From positions 1 through 64,000 of IMG/VR virus record IMGVR_UViG_3300018080_000123: a stretch of 64,000 nucleotides of DNA. The stretch is one strand, 5' to 3'. Below the pieces are notes generated by a model that saw nothing but the letters and a program-made list of their open reading frames with translations, did no database searches and had not been told where the DNA came from. The position numbers and the translations under genes are program-made. Shown piece after piece: positions 19,863-30,663 of this stretch (its first letter is position 1; every line of letters begins with the position of its first letter). Source of the stretch: a virus.

Positions 19863-21979
19863 TACCCATTATTCCCTGCGGGCCTATCTATATTAAAAGC
19901 AGGATTACGAGCATCCATACCGCCTTTAGGAAGAGCAGCTTTTATCTGTCTTATTTGTTCTCTAAGCGTAGAGATAGTTTCTTTTTGACTTTCACTAAGC
20001 TCTTTATTGTTATTTATAATATCAGCTATCCCTTCTCGTAAAGGAGCAGTAACTTTTTCGAATACAGTAGCTAAATTAGCTTTAGCGGCTTCATATTCTT
20101 TAGAAGCAGCGGTTCTCTCTTCTTTAGTCAGCTCTCTTCCACGACCTCTAGCATGCCATTCGTGGGTAGCTAAAGCTCCAACTCTTGCTTTTTGTGTTTT
20201 ACGCCAAGCTTGCTGAAACTCTCCAGCGCCAGTCTCGCCTAATGTTTCCGCTTCTTCAACTGTTAGAGCTTGATCTTTTTCTAGCTTTCTCCTAGCGGTA
20301 GCAAGGGTCATCTGGGTCATTTTATCTTCAGCTTCCTGAGCAACGGCTCCAATCTCTCCCATAAACGGAAGCTTACCTAACAGCTTTACCATAGTCCAGA
20401 TCCCCTTATTGATCATCACAGTAAGAGGAACCATTGCATCGCCGAGATCCAATTTCAATTCTTCTAACATTGCCTCTTGAACTTTTACTTGCCCATCTAT
20501 AGACTCAACGATATCGCCTGTAGTCTTTTTGTTCTTCTCCATTTCATCTTTAATTTTTTGCTGCAGATCTTTCGACTCTTGAGCTTCCGGATTCTTAACC
20601 ATCGCTCTTACTAGCTGGTCGGCAAGACTCATACTAACGCCTAAGGTTTCTTGCATCCTAATTGCGCCCATTCTTGTTCGCTGTTCTCTCTCTTCGGGAT
20701 TTGCAGATCTAATCTGCTCTAAAGACATTCCGCCAGCGCCAGCTTCTGTAATGGTTCTTAAAAACTGATTTCCTAAGCCTACCGCTGTTCTACCTTTTTC
20801 ACCAGGAACTGCTTCTCCAAATCCAAATCTTTGCCTCCACAACAAATCGGCCATTGACTTGCTTCCGGCCCCTGGCATTCTTTTCAACGCTCTTAAAGCT
20901 AACATTTGATTCGGGCCGCTTGATGCAGTAAAAGCAGCAGTCATTCCTGTTAAAGCGGCAAATCCTCTTGCCGGAGTCTCCTTAAAAAATCCTGATTTTC
21001 TAGCTAAAGCTTCTACAATTCCAGTCGTTCCGGCAATATTAGCGGACCCCGACTGAGCCATTGCAGAAGTAGCTTGAGCCGTCATCTGTAAAAAATTTAA
21101 AGCTCTTGATTTATCAAAGCCTTGAGCAGTAGCTCTAGCGTATATCTCTTCCATTTGTCTTGCAATCTGTTGCCCTCTTAAACCCTGTTGTCGAAAGGCA
21201 CCCCCTATTTGCATAGTTTCGCCGAGCTCCATTCCTGTCCCGCGGGCAAACTGAGCAAATCTCCCCATGGTTCCCGCTCTACCTAATTCGGGTCCCATAG
21301 TTCTTAAGCCCTGAGCCGCAGCCGCTAGTGTCTCCTGAGCTCCAAATCCCTGCCCTATCCCCGCTTCTCTGAGACCCTCTAATCCTCTCCTACTTGTAGG
21401 TCCGCCCAAACCCATAATTTGCATATTCTGACCGGCGATTCCTCTCCTCGGGCCACCAAGCATACTTGCGCCAGCATACAAAGCTAAGGGAATTGCAGCA
21501 ATTGCTCCCGCAACCCCTAACTTAGTCAGCAACCCCATTCCAGCTCCACCGCCCATCCCGCCACCGGCCCCAAGCCTTGCTATTCCTCCCATTCCAGAAG
21601 TCATTTTCTGTAACATACCAGAAAATTGTTTTCCTTTTTCCGCTACTTCCCAGGTCTGGATCTCTTTGCCAATCTGTCTAGCAAACCTTTTAGTGACAAT
21701 CAAATGTTTATTAAGCTTATCAATTTCTTGAGGAGATTTTGCAGTTTTCAAGCTCGCAGCCAACTCGTCGATAGCTTTCTTTGTAGCTTGCTGCATCGTT
21801 TTAAGATTGCCGATTACCTCAGTACTCTTCGTTTTGAAGATATCAAGAGATTCGGTTTTAAGATTAACACCAAGTTCCTTCCGACTAAAAGCTTCTAGCT
21901 TGTCAGATAGACCTTTGAACTTAGTTTCAAAATCTTTAAAATCGCCTTTTATTAGTAATGTATGTTCGCTTCTAGGCAT
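19862..21979 (-). CDS. Tail tape measure protein
   Basis: 705 aa Ala/Gly/Gln-rich helical protein after the tube and chaperone genes. Confidence 0.8.
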   Translation of the reverse strand: MPRSEHTLLIKGDFKDFETKFKGLSDKLEAFSRKELGVNLKTESLDIFKTKSTEVIGNLKTMQQATKKAIDELAASLKTAKSPQEIDKLNKHLIVTKRFARQIGKEIQTWEVAEKGKQFSGMLQKMTSGMGGIARLGAGGGMGGGAGMGLLTKLGVAGAIAAIPLALYAGASMLGGPRRGIAGQNMQIMGLGGPTSRRGLEGLREAGIGQGFGAQETLAAAAQGLRTMGPELGRAGTMGRFAQFARGTGMELGETMQIGGAFRQQGLRGQQIARQMEEIYARATAQGFDKSRALNFLQMTAQATSAMAQSGSANIAGTTGIVEALARKSGFFKETPARGFAALTGMTAAFTASSGPNQMLALRALKRMPGAGSKSMADLLWRQRFGFGEAVPGEKGRTAVGLGNQFLRTITEAGAGGMSLEQIRSANPEEREQRTRMGAIRMQETLGVSMSLADQLVRAMVKNPEAQESKDLQQKIKDEMEKNKKTTGDIVESIDGQVKVQEAMLEELKLDLGDAMVPLTVMINKGIWTMVKLLGKLPFMGEIGAVAQEAEDKMTQMTLATARRKLEKDQALTVEEAETLGETGAGEFQQAWRKTQKARVGALATHEWHARGRGRELTKEERTAASKEYEAAKANLATVFEKVTAPLREGIADIINNNKELSESQKETISTLREQIRQIKAALPKGGMDARNPAFNIDRPAGNNG

Positions 21980-22365
21980 TATTCACCGAGCACATCAAAT
22001 TTCTCTTCAAATCCTATCTTTTGTTCATCTCGAGAAGAGTTGAGAGTTTTACTATTGTTGTATTCCTCTTCTCCCATTTGTTTTCTGAACCAATCTTCGT
22101 CTGATTTTCTTATCCCCTCACGAATCTCATAGTCTTTAGTTTCTTCTCCATCTTCATTCCTAAAGGTATCTTTGAAGTACATAATAAGGAGCTCTTCAAA
22201 GGTTTTTTCTAATAAGAGGGGATGATTGTCGGGTAAATTAAACTTATCACTCCACCAATCTTTTAAAAATTCTTCCAGCTCTTCAAGAGTAGCAGGATCT
22301 TTTTTGACTTTGTTATATGCTATTCGTTTAAGATTTTGGAAGCTTATCTTGACTTTCTTCTCCAT
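21979..22365 (-). CDS. Tail assembly chaperone 2
   Basis: Immediately before tape measure; WWSDKFNLPDNHP motif; own GGAG RBS. Confidence 0.6.
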   Translation of the reverse strand: MEKKVKISFQNLKRIAYNKVKKDPATLEELEEFLKDWWSDKFNLPDNHPLLLEKTFEELLIMYFKDTFRNEDGEETKDYEIREGIRKSDEDWFRKQMGEEEYNNSKTLNSSRDEQKIGFEEKFDVLGE

Positions 22366-22729
22366 AAATCTTCTCCGCCCACTCTTTTTCGAACTTCAAT
22401 GTTTCCTTATACACCTCTTCGACTACATTCAAATCATGTAGGTTGTACCCATGGTCGGTTTCTTCCCACCAAACAGGACATTTTTGGATAGTGTATCTTA
22501 GAATTGAAATCATTGAATGGAACAGCTGGATGTTAGGATCGAGATTTGCTAAATCTCCATCAAGTCTTGTGCGCATAACCTGAGCTTTGGCTCTATCGCC
22601 AATACTAGGCTTACGATAAGTAAAATCCCCTTTATACATCTGGTTGGTCGTCTCGCCAATTACAGACAAATGAAAGGTGTGCTCCATAGAAGGGAGAGAA
22701 GTAGTCAGTTTTTTACTTGTATTGCTCAT
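22328..22729 (-). CDS. Tail assembly chaperone 1
   Basis: Directly after the tail tube; GDFTYRKPSIGD and CPVWW motifs. Confidence 0.65.
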   Translation of the reverse strand: MSNTSKKLTTSLPSMEHTFHLSVIGETTNQMYKGDFTYRKPSIGDRAKAQVMRTRLDGDLANLDPNIQLFHSMISILRYTIQKCPVWWEETDHGYNLHDLNVVEEVYKETLKFEKEWAEKIYGEESQDKLPKS

Positions 22730-22808
22730 TATATTATCCTTTTATTTTAATTTTTGATGTAGACTTCCACCTTTTCTACATCCGCGAATCCAACCGCACA
22801 TAATGTGC

Positions 22809-23222
22809 TTATTGACCAGCTTCGTCAGAAGCTTTAATGCCAATAAAATTCCAAGTCTCGGTAAAAACGCCGCGAGCGTCAACCGTACCAGAACGAGTAG
22901 TCATTTTCACTCGCTCAATAAGAAGAAGCGTAGTTTCAGTTTGACTATCGATAATTTCAGCCGTGAGTTCAGGTTGCTGTAAAATCTCTGCTAACTTAGG
23001 TTGAATACCAAGATTAACAGCAGATTGATTAGCAATTCTAAACGTCGTACAACTAAAATCAACCGTATACCCTGTTTCAGCCTGCTCAATGGGTTCGATT
23101 CTATCTAAAACATCAATTGGCTGAAGAGTATGATTGATATTATAGTTGCAATTAGAGGCATAAACTACTTTCTCACCATTAATTTTGAAAATAGCTCTTG
23201 CACCAGTTGTAACAATTGACAT
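22809..23222 (-). CDS. Tail tube protein
   Basis: 137 aa after the sheath; VTTGARAIFKING..PIDVL motif. Confidence 0.85.
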   Translation of the reverse strand: MSIVTTGARAIFKINGEKVVYASNCNYNINHTLQPIDVLDRIEPIEQAETGYTVDFSCTTFRIANQSAVNLGIQPKLAEILQQPELTAEIIDSQTETTLLLIERVKMTTRSGTVDARGVFTETWNFIGIKASDEAGQ

Positions 23223-23237
23223 TATACTCTCCTTTTA

Positions 23238-25412
23238 TTATGCTGATTGTCTAATGTTATCAAGCCTAATTGTCGCAAGAATAAAATCAATACCTTGCAC
23301 AGGCGTAATAGTTACGTCCACATAGGCCGTATTCCCGACCAAAGTAACTGTTAGAGCTTTATACCCTAACAAATCGTTGGTATCGTCGCCAACGATAATA
23401 TCTTCTCTCAAGTAACCAGTCATCCTAGCTTTCACCGCATTAGCAATACTCTCAGCGCTACCTGTTTTTGCTTTTGTCCCGATAAAGATATTCTCAAGAT
23501 ATCCTCTCAAATCGAAAGCAACATAAAACGCAGCTCCAAGAACCGACGGCCTGTTATAGACGAAATTATCATCTTTGGAGTATGTAGAATTGTGAACCAC
23601 AACCCTAATTCCACCAGAAGATGGTTTCTCGACAATTAACAACCCGTTATCGATTGCTTGATTAAACTGTTTGGCAGGATCAAACAGCTCCAAAGCGCTC
23701 GGAGTAACGCCTTGTTTCTTAAGATGTCTAATGCCAAAAGCATTAATATATTTGAAGGTCACCGGCTCTCCAATTTCCGCTCCCGCTTGCATTCCGGCCA
23801 CTAGACATGCAAGGATGTGCGGCTGTTTAAAAACCAGCTCTCCACTATTATCTACGACTTGAACATCTTGCATAGCAAGTGAAACAAGTTCACTATTCAA
23901 CGAAAGAGACTGAGACTTACACTCTTCAAATGCTCCGCGATATCCGACATATACCTGTCTCTCGCTTCGATTCTGAGTATTTCCCATCTTCTTAGCGTGA
24001 TTGAGTGCAGCAACTTGAACAGACTCAATATCATAAGACGAAGCTGCATCTGTAATCGTTGAATCTTCGACAATATCATCTGAAGCGTCTTGTGAAATCA
24101 AAGGAACCAACATATTGATTCTTTCTGATTCAAGAGCTGTAAATCCGGCAGAAAAATCAGAACTCGCCGAAGCTCCTCGAGCCCCGCCAGACAAAAACGT
24201 CTTACTGAGAACGTCTGGCAGGCCTTTAGAACTTGAAGGTTCAAGCTCTGTCAGCTGCGAACTTTGAGAAATAAACTGCTCAACAGCATATGAGTCAGCT
24301 TTAATTCTTCCAGGTTTATTAGCTCCAGACGCGACCCCAATTGCGCTTACCCTATCAAGAACCGATGGCGAAAGTCCGCCATTAATCCCTGAAGGAATAG
24401 AAGCACTGTAATCGGCCTGCGCATTAATGAAAGAAGCTAAATCATTCAACGTAGAATAATCAGATAGATCGAGAGATAGTGAAGCCGGACCGCCAACGGC
24501 AACAGTCGTGAGTTGCGTCGCACTAATTGTCAAAGAACAAGTAGTTGCATCGCATCCAATTTCCATGAAAATGTCTCCACCAAGAGGTCCGGTTGAATCA
24601 TCTGTGTTCTCTTGCGTTCCGTCCGACTGCCTTTCAATAAGCATAGATCGATTCGGCTCTTGTGAAGGAACGGATAGTCCAGCTGAAAGATTAAACAGCG
24701 GATCGGAGCTAACAATCTCAAAACTTCTTCCAGCTCCAAGCTTATGAGCGCTTGCATCTGCGTCTTGAGAGATAATCAGCTTATCTCCATCATTTGTTGC
24801 GGTCAAAGTTGGAGGAACAGTCCAATTTGCATCGTTATTAAAATCAGCAAGAAGCGCAGCTATATCAGCCATGTTCCCGCTAACCGTATAAACGTTGACT
24901 GCTCCGCCATTTTCTCTCACTGTAATCTGAGCGCCTGACTCGTCTCCAGTGAAAACAATACTCGAACTAGATTGAGTTGTAGCCTCAACAACTGACAAAT
25001 CTTGCTCAATGGTAGCGCTAATTAAGTTCCCTTCAGCTCCATATGAAGCAGCTTTCAGATCTCCAAAACTATCGGCAAGCGTCAAAGATGCTTGAAGAGA
25101 AGCGTTGGTCTTAAAAACTTTAAGCCTATTGGCGCCATTAGCAACTCGTCCATCATTTGATGGATTAACAAGCGCTAGAGCAGCGTCAACAATAGGTCCG
25201 CTTCCATAATATGCGATCAGATCAGGTAGCTGAGTGCTATCCCACTCTGTCACGCCATCAACTGATCCTGGAGCGCCTCTCAGAGACTCTCCAACAATCC
25301 CGACGATTCCGACAGCAACGGAGGGCAAACCGCCATCAAGCTGAACCTTGAGCGCACTATACGCTCCGGGCTTCCTTAGCGAGGCTCCATTAAAATTCCT
25401 AATTATGGCCAT
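23238..25412 (-). CDS. Contractile tail sheath protein
   Basis: FNGASLRKPGAYS N-terminus, EPVTFK motif and PVQGIDFIL C-terminus; 724 aa. Confidence 0.92.
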   Translation of the reverse strand: MAIIRNFNGASLRKPGAYSALKVQLDGGLPSVAVGIVGIVGESLRGAPGSVDGVTEWDSTQLPDLIAYYGSGPIVDAALALVNPSNDGRVANGANRLKVFKTNASLQASLTLADSFGDLKAASYGAEGNLISATIEQDLSVVEATTQSSSSIVFTGDESGAQITVRENGGAVNVYTVSGNMADIAALLADFNNDANWTVPPTLTATNDGDKLIISQDADASAHKLGAGRSFEIVSSDPLFNLSAGLSVPSQEPNRSMLIERQSDGTQENTDDSTGPLGGDIFMEIGCDATTCSLTISATQLTTVAVGGPASLSLDLSDYSTLNDLASFINAQADYSASIPSGINGGLSPSVLDRVSAIGVASGANKPGRIKADSYAVEQFISQSSQLTELEPSSSKGLPDVLSKTFLSGGARGASASSDFSAGFTALESERINMLVPLISQDASDDIVEDSTITDAASSYDIESVQVAALNHAKKMGNTQNRSERQVYVGYRGAFEECKSQSLSLNSELVSLAMQDVQVVDNSGELVFKQPHILACLVAGMQAGAEIGEPVTFKYINAFGIRHLKKQGVTPSALELFDPAKQFNQAIDNGLLIVEKPSSGGIRVVVHNSTYSKDDNFVYNRPSVLGAAFYVAFDLRGYLENIFIGTKAKTGSAESIANAVKARMTGYLREDIIVGDDTNDLLGYKALTVTLVGNTAYVDVTITPVQGIDFILATIRLDNIRQSA

Positions 25413-25434
25413 GGTTAATCTCCTTTTTATCGCC

Positions 25435-25665
25435 TTAATACTTGTTCAATATCTCAATAAAATCCTCTAGCGAGGCTTTCAAAGATGGCATTCTTTTCGC
25501 GACAAATACTTTTACTGATTCTTTGTCCCACAAACTAGCTAAGGGACTTTGTAATTTAAAAATTCTAAAAGCTTTATCGAACCCTATTACTTCCGCGGCC
25601 TCATCGCGCTTTGGCTCATCTTTCATCACCTTCTCCTTTGTATTTTTTCTTTTTTTCTTTTTCAT
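25435..25665 (-). CDS. Small conserved pre-sheath protein
   Basis: 76 aa in the position where SPO1/Twort-type tail modules have a small gene. Confidence 0.5.
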   Translation of the reverse strand: MKKKKRKNTKEKVMKDEPKRDEAAEVIGFDKAFRIFKLQSPLASLWDKESVKVFVAKRMPSLKASLEDFIEILNKY

Positions 25666-25674
25666 ATTTGGTCC

Positions 25675-26640
25675 TTAATTTTCTAAATCTGGGTCTTCTA
25701 ATGTTCTTACTGTCATCTCGTCTTCATTCTCTCTCGGAATTTTATCAGGTCTGCGCTGCGTCCTGACAACTGATTCAACAGTATCAACGAGGGTGACCAA
25801 TCCCGTCTCGTATTTATGGTAAACTAACGCTTTAAGCGTTATAAATCTAGTATAAATATTTGACGGTATCTTACTAACATCAAATCCAAAATCAGAAGCA
25901 TCCAAGGCCGTTATTCTTAATCCCCGAGTAAAAAGATCGTCTTTCCTAGATAGCAAAATGTATTTAACAATATTATACAGCCATTTGGTCTGAAGAGCGT
26001 TCTCGGTATGAATCCCAACCATAACATTTTCTCTATCAGGAATTGTCTGCTCTTCTCTCCTCTGAAAATTAGTTTGAGAAATAATTGTGCATCCCACTAA
26101 ATTAAGAGTCAAATCTTTTTCAACGCCAAATTTTTTATTTCCACTTTCATTAGTAATCGCGCCCTTAATTTCATACTGATTTCCAGAGCCATCTTTAAAT
26201 ATATGCCCTCTTCTTATTGGCGCTAAATTAGGATCCGCAGTTGATACATCAATAATTCCTGTTACCGAGTTATAACTATCACAATCAAAAGAGCTTACAA
26301 ACTCTGTAGGAGCAGCTGCATAATCGTGATTTTCACCAAAATCCCCTAACACCGCATGTTGCTCGTCTTCCGATGCATCCATCAAATGAATTGAAATGCA
26401 AGGCGTTTTGGTATCTACTTGAGCAAATGAATGAACAACATGAATAGTATCTTGAACTCCCACCATTGTCGAAATCGAATCAATTTCACCTTGGCCATAT
26501 TTTACCGACAAATGAGAAGCTAAAAGCTCTGAAAACACATCTGGGACTTGATCATCACTAGTGGCAAGTTTATTTTTCATATCCACAAGCCCGTCGCGGA
26601 TAATCGATTCAATAACCAGATCTGTAAAAATGAAACCCAT
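25675..26640 (-). CDS. Tail terminator / completion protein
   Basis: Synteny before the sheath; TPCISIHL motif. Confidence 0.6.
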   Translation of the reverse strand: MGFIFTDLVIESIIRDGLVDMKNKLATSDDQVPDVFSELLASHLSVKYGQGEIDSISTMVGVQDTIHVVHSFAQVDTKTPCISIHLMDASEDEQHAVLGDFGENHDYAAAPTEFVSSFDCDSYNSVTGIIDVSTADPNLAPIRRGHIFKDGSGNQYEIKGAITNESGNKKFGVEKDLTLNLVGCTIISQTNFQRREEQTIPDRENVMVGIHTENALQTKWLYNIVKYILLSRKDDLFTRGLRITALDASDFGFDVSKIPSNIYTRFITLKALVYHKYETGLVTLVDTVESVVRTQRRPDKIPRENEDEMTVRTLEDPDLEN

Positions 26641-27353
26641 TATTCAAATATCGCTTTTAGTATTTTGTCTACTTGTTTTTCCAAATAATCTTCAACCTCG
26701 GGAAATAAATGAGCTCCGCCATATCCAGGATGAATCCACTTACTCGGATCACTATTGTCGCTCACTCTTCTAAATGTCATATAAAAGCTCTGTGTTTTCT
26801 CTTTATACCTTTTCTGTACTTTAACCAGCCCCTGCAATCTCTCAATCCCTGTTTCTTTTACCGCAGCAACAATTCCCTCTAATGGCCTTCCGGTTGTTTT
26901 ATCCTTAAAAATCTTTTGCATCTTGTTGGCCGAAATTACTTCTTGTAGTTGCTCCCTCAACCCCGGAGCCATGATCGCTTGCTTTGATTTCGGTCTGTAT
27001 GTTTGAGGGACTGTATTATATCGAGTTCCTTTTTCTGTCGTTTTAGCATTTGGTCCTTTTAACAAACCAGGCTTCATATCAAATGTTGAGAAGCCGTCTT
27101 CTATGTGTCCCATCGTATCATCTAAATAGATAATGTATGAATCAGGGCCAATTTGTTCCCAATGCAAAGCGTTTATGTAGTCATCTCGGGTTGTTTTTAA
27201 CTTATCTTGCGCTCTCCTTACTAATTCATTATATGTCGCGGTTGCAGTTTGCTTTAATGCGCTTTGAAGTTGTTTTATCGCCGTTTTCGCTGCAAACCGT
27301 AAATCTATTCCAAGTTCCTTTGCCTTGCTATCTATACTAATATTCTTACCCAT
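26640..27353 (-). CDS. Neck / tail completion protein
   Basis: FDMKPGLL and FRRVSDNSDPSKWIHPG motifs typical of SPO1/Twort-like neck genes. Confidence 0.7.
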   Translation of the reverse strand: MGKNISIDSKAKELGIDLRFAAKTAIKQLQSALKQTATATYNELVRRAQDKLKTTRDDYINALHWEQIGPDSYIIYLDDTMGHIEDGFSTFDMKPGLLKGPNAKTTEKGTRYNTVPQTYRPKSKQAIMAPGLREQLQEVISANKMQKIFKDKTTGRPLEGIVAAVKETGIERLQGLVKVQKRYKEKTQSFYMTFRRVSDNSDPSKWIHPGYGGAHLFPEVEDYLEKQVDKILKAIFE

Positions 27354-28126
27354 TATGGATTCTGTTCGTTAATAATCTTGTTAGGTGTTAGTAAGTTTTC
27401 GTCTAAATCTTTTCTCTCAATCAAAAAATCTCTCTTACAATTCCATTGCTGCGGTAGCTCGATCGGCTCTTTATGATCTCTTTTAGCTCCAAGCTGTGAG
27501 AACCTATTAATATGAACTGCATTTACTGCTCTAAACGTTACTGGATAATTGTAATGTAGTGTATAAATCTTTCCTTTGTCCGGCCTGCGAACTTCAATCC
27601 ATTGGATATTTCCATTTACGCCAACTTGAAAATCTGTATCCTGATAATATCTAACTCCATCTATGTCAATTAAAACATTAACAGAATGTGCGGGGTATTT
27701 CAAATTATCAATATCCCCATCTTGACGTTGAACTAGTTCAATCATTGGAGTCGTAAAGTCCATTAGTTCAATTTTAGCCCAGTAAAAAACTTCAACCCCT
27801 GTTGGAAAGGTCATTACAACTCCTTGTTCGTCCCAAGCTCCTTCTACATTAAACTGTTTCGTTAGATCCTGATTTCCAACAAATGCCCATGTTTCAACTG
27901 GTTCAAGGTCAATAAATCCGTCTTTTGTTTTACAAATCGAACAATTAATCTCATGCTCAGCGGAATCAATACTTTTCCTATTTGGACACAATACTGTGCG
28001 ATATACTCTAACCCGCACCCCTTGATCCTCAATCATCTGATTTACTTTAGCAGGATTAAGCGAAATAGTATTAAATTTAGGATCAAAGGATTTTGTTTTT
28101 GGTATTTTTTTATTAATTACGGCCAT
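27353..28126 (-). CDS. Head closure / neck protein
   Basis: CP..C..C motif, YTLHY and LPQQW motifs, synteny. Confidence 0.65.
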   Translation of the reverse strand: MAVINKKIPKTKSFDPKFNTISLNPAKVNQMIEDQGVRVRVYRTVLCPNRKSIDSAEHEINCSICKTKDGFIDLEPVETWAFVGNQDLTKQFNVEGAWDEQGVVMTFPTGVEVFYWAKIELMDFTTPMIELVQRQDGDIDNLKYPAHSVNVLIDIDGVRYYQDTDFQVGVNGNIQWIEVRRPDKGKIYTLHYNYPVTFRAVNAVHINRFSQLGAKRDHKEPIELPQQWNCKRDFLIERKDLDENLLTPNKIINEQNP

Positions 28127-29625
28127 TACGACCTTTCTTTCATCCCATCCATTTTGCCCGCTTTACCATCCCGACCCATTCCGCCACTTCCTTCGTTCTC
28201 AATCTTACTTTGCTCGGTTGAAGAACCAGCATCTGGAGAGGGAGCTGAAGAAGTTTTTTGCTGAATTTCGCTCACTCCACCATTCCCCGCTTCTCCATTC
28301 TCCGAACGCTCAGGGGTAATATCCGATTTCTTCTGAGTAGAGGGTTGAGGTTGCATCATAGCATTTAAACGTGAGGCAAATTGCTGTATTTCGTCGTTTC
28401 CACCTCTGGCATCACTCATATGATAGCTTCCATCAGGATCCATCTTTGGCATTTGAGACGCAAAAGAATCCTGCGTCCCCGGATTATTGCTCTGAATTTT
28501 TTCGTTCTCGCCGCTTCCATCTACACTCGGCTCATCTCCTGTATTAGGGCTGGCATTTAGTCCGGACTTCTCCATGTTCTCTTCACGCATCTGAATTCTA
28601 TATAGTCCGATATTCTCACTAGCCTTGTAAAAATCCTTTGACTCAACCAAAGCCCCGCTCTTATTCATTTCAGGCATTGTATCGTCAAGTTTATTGGCTT
28701 TTACTTTCAAGAGGGCAAAAGTCTTTGGAAACAAATCACCAAGGGTTTCTCTCCAAGAAGTATTGGTTTCTTTAAAAGACTTCTTCAGCTGCTTCATTCC
28801 CTCAATCCCGTATTTCCCTTTCAAAATTGAGAAGGCGCGACGACTGGCTTGCTCTTTCTTCTCAGACTTACAAAAATCTTTAATCATTCGCCTAAAAGCC
28901 TTTTTACCTTTCATAATCTTTTCATCGGTATCGAGAGACTCTGGGAGTCCATACTCTTCCTGATAATGCGTAAAGCTCTTTTTAACGGTTTTTTGGCCTT
29001 GTAATCTCTTCTGAAAAGCTTCTCGTCTATTTTCTGGCAGCTTGCTAATTAATTCACTAATATTAGAAGCGCTTTTGATCTCTTTAACGGTATGCCCGGA
29101 TTTCTTCAACTCTTCATAAAGATCTTTAACCAACGACTTCCTGCCCTTTTCGTTATTACGATTCATAATCGCTCCCTTACTTTTATGAACATTGATTGTA
29201 ATATTAATATCTCCCTTTGACGACGGCACCACAATATTCTCCGCCTCAACGGGTTGCGGAGCTTCGGTGTCTTCGCCCCTCTCCTCTAGCTCTGGGAGAG
29301 AAGCAATCGATGCAGGCTCAATATACTCTTTAACCTCGAGCATTTTAACAATCTCGGGAAGAGTTTTTTTATCAAACTTCAGCGGAATTTCGCCTGTATC
29401 GCTCACTTCACTTTTAACAAAACTTCCGCTATATACTCCGTCATCGTCTTTTCTTAAACTTAAAACCCCTGAGGGTAGATCGACATCTTTAAAATCGTTT
29501 ACCTTCATTCCTCTTGTCTTCATCCACATATAGAATTTGTACTTCTCTGGGATTGACATTGAAGACAGAGTATGAGAACTGATATCGGTAACCGAAGTTG
29601 ATGTTTCATGTGGAACAAATGGCAT
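28126..29625 (-). CDS. Putative internal head protein with many hydrophobic-X-K-S sites
   Basis: 499 aa low-complexity protein containing FVKS, VHKS, LKKS, VKKS, FCKS, MNKS, FYKA, MEKS. Confidence 0.5.
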   Translation of the reverse strand: MPFVPHETSTSVTDISSHTLSSMSIPEKYKFYMWMKTRGMKVNDFKDVDLPSGVLSLRKDDDGVYSGSFVKSEVSDTGEIPLKFDKKTLPEIVKMLEVKEYIEPASIASLPELEERGEDTEAPQPVEAENIVVPSSKGDINITINVHKSKGAIMNRNNEKGRKSLVKDLYEELKKSGHTVKEIKSASNISELISKLPENRREAFQKRLQGQKTVKKSFTHYQEEYGLPESLDTDEKIMKGKKAFRRMIKDFCKSEKKEQASRRAFSILKGKYGIEGMKQLKKSFKETNTSWRETLGDLFPKTFALLKVKANKLDDTMPEMNKSGALVESKDFYKASENIGLYRIQMREENMEKSGLNASPNTGDEPSVDGSGENEKIQSNNPGTQDSFASQMPKMDPDGSYHMSDARGGNDEIQQFASRLNAMMQPQPSTQKKSDITPERSENGEAGNGGVSEIQQKTSSAPSPDAGSSTEQSKIENEGSGGMGRDGKAGKMDGMKERS

Positions 29626-30455
29626 TAGATCACGTCTATCCTTATTCCTTTGTAATTATCTTTAGCTTTCTGGAGTAGCCCTGGCTTCTTTCCGCCGCCA
29701 CCGCCAAATCCGCCACCGCTTCCGCCATAAAGCTGACTCTCGTACTGAATAATACGAGCGCCATATCCAGCGTTAGTGGCGGACGATGTAGTCGCAATGC
29801 TTTGACTTAACCCATCTAACCCAATAGACTGAGATGCAATTCCCGCCCCTGTAATTAAGTCTCCAGCAATATTCAGAACATCGATTGCAGCCCTCAATCC
29901 AATAATATTATTTAACAAAACAGGAATTTTGTCAAGCTCAAATCCCGCCGTATACTCAATCTGTAGCATCTGCGGAATCAACCTTCTTTGAAGGGCTAAA
30001 TGCGGAAGAAGAACCCCCGTGTTCGTTAATACGAGCGGAACTGATCCGCTATCGGGAACAAGTCTCAAAATTCCCGTATCCTCCTCAACCCTAAACCAAC
30101 TCACTGGATATTCAATCAAATCTTGATGAGTTGGAAACTTTACTTTCACCGACTCAACGGAAAGTACCGGATAAACATCAAGCCTAATAAAATTCCAATT
30201 CCAATAAGTATCAACATTCCGATAGTCGTGCCACTCTTGATTTTCATTCGCTTCGCTAAACACAAGCGGGCGAATAGGAATATCTAACTCTTCCTCTAGC
30301 CAACCAACTGCGTTATTGATAAGCTCAGAAAGAGTCTGGTTTGATAACTCTTTTCCATCGTCGTCTTTGGTATTAACGCCGTGAAGATACCTTCTCTTCA
30401 AAACAGACGGCGTAATTAAAGCTTCGGTTCTCGATGTAAAGTTTCTATTTGACAT
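29625..30455 (-). CDS. Head-tail connector (adaptor) protein
   Basis: IEYTAGF and GAGIASQSIGLDGLSQSIATTSSATNAGYGARI motifs. Confidence 0.8.
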   Translation of the reverse strand: MSNRNFTSRTEALITPSVLKRRYLHGVNTKDDDGKELSNQTLSELINNAVGWLEEELDIPIRPLVFSEANENQEWHDYRNVDTYWNWNFIRLDVYPVLSVESVKVKFPTHQDLIEYPVSWFRVEEDTGILRLVPDSGSVPLVLTNTGVLLPHLALQRRLIPQMLQIEYTAGFELDKIPVLLNNIIGLRAAIDVLNIAGDLITGAGIASQSIGLDGLSQSIATTSSATNAGYGARIIQYESQLYGGSGGGFGGGGGKKPGLLQKAKDNYKGIRIDVI

Positions 30456-30663
30456 CTAACTCTCTTAAATGTTTAACAATATCGCCCTCTAATTTTTCCA
30501 TCTCGCTTTTAAGTCTCATATGCTCAAGCTTTAGGCGACTTAACTCACACTCTTTTTCAAATATTGCCGTTTCTACTTGAAGAATTTTTTTATCTAACTC
30601 AGTAAACAGTCTCTGATTCTTTTTAGCTTTTTTTTCTTCAAACCCCGTGACTTTCCGCTTCAT
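30445..30663 (-). CDS. Small coiled-coil hypothetical protein
   Basis: 72 aa heptad-rich, overlapping its neighbours. Confidence 0.5.
   Translation of the reverse strand: MKRKVTGFEEKKAKKNQRLFTELDKKILQVETAIFEKECELSRLKLEHMRLKSEMEKLEGDIVKHLRELDVK

Noticed and set aside
22328-22365. Programmed frameshift between the two tail chaperones
   Set aside because: The overlap needs a +1 shift, no recognisable slippery site was found, and the second ORF has its own ATG and GGAG
11867-27353. Tailocin or extracellular contractile injection system
   Set aside because: Capsid, scaffold, protease and neck genes are present, so this is a phage tail
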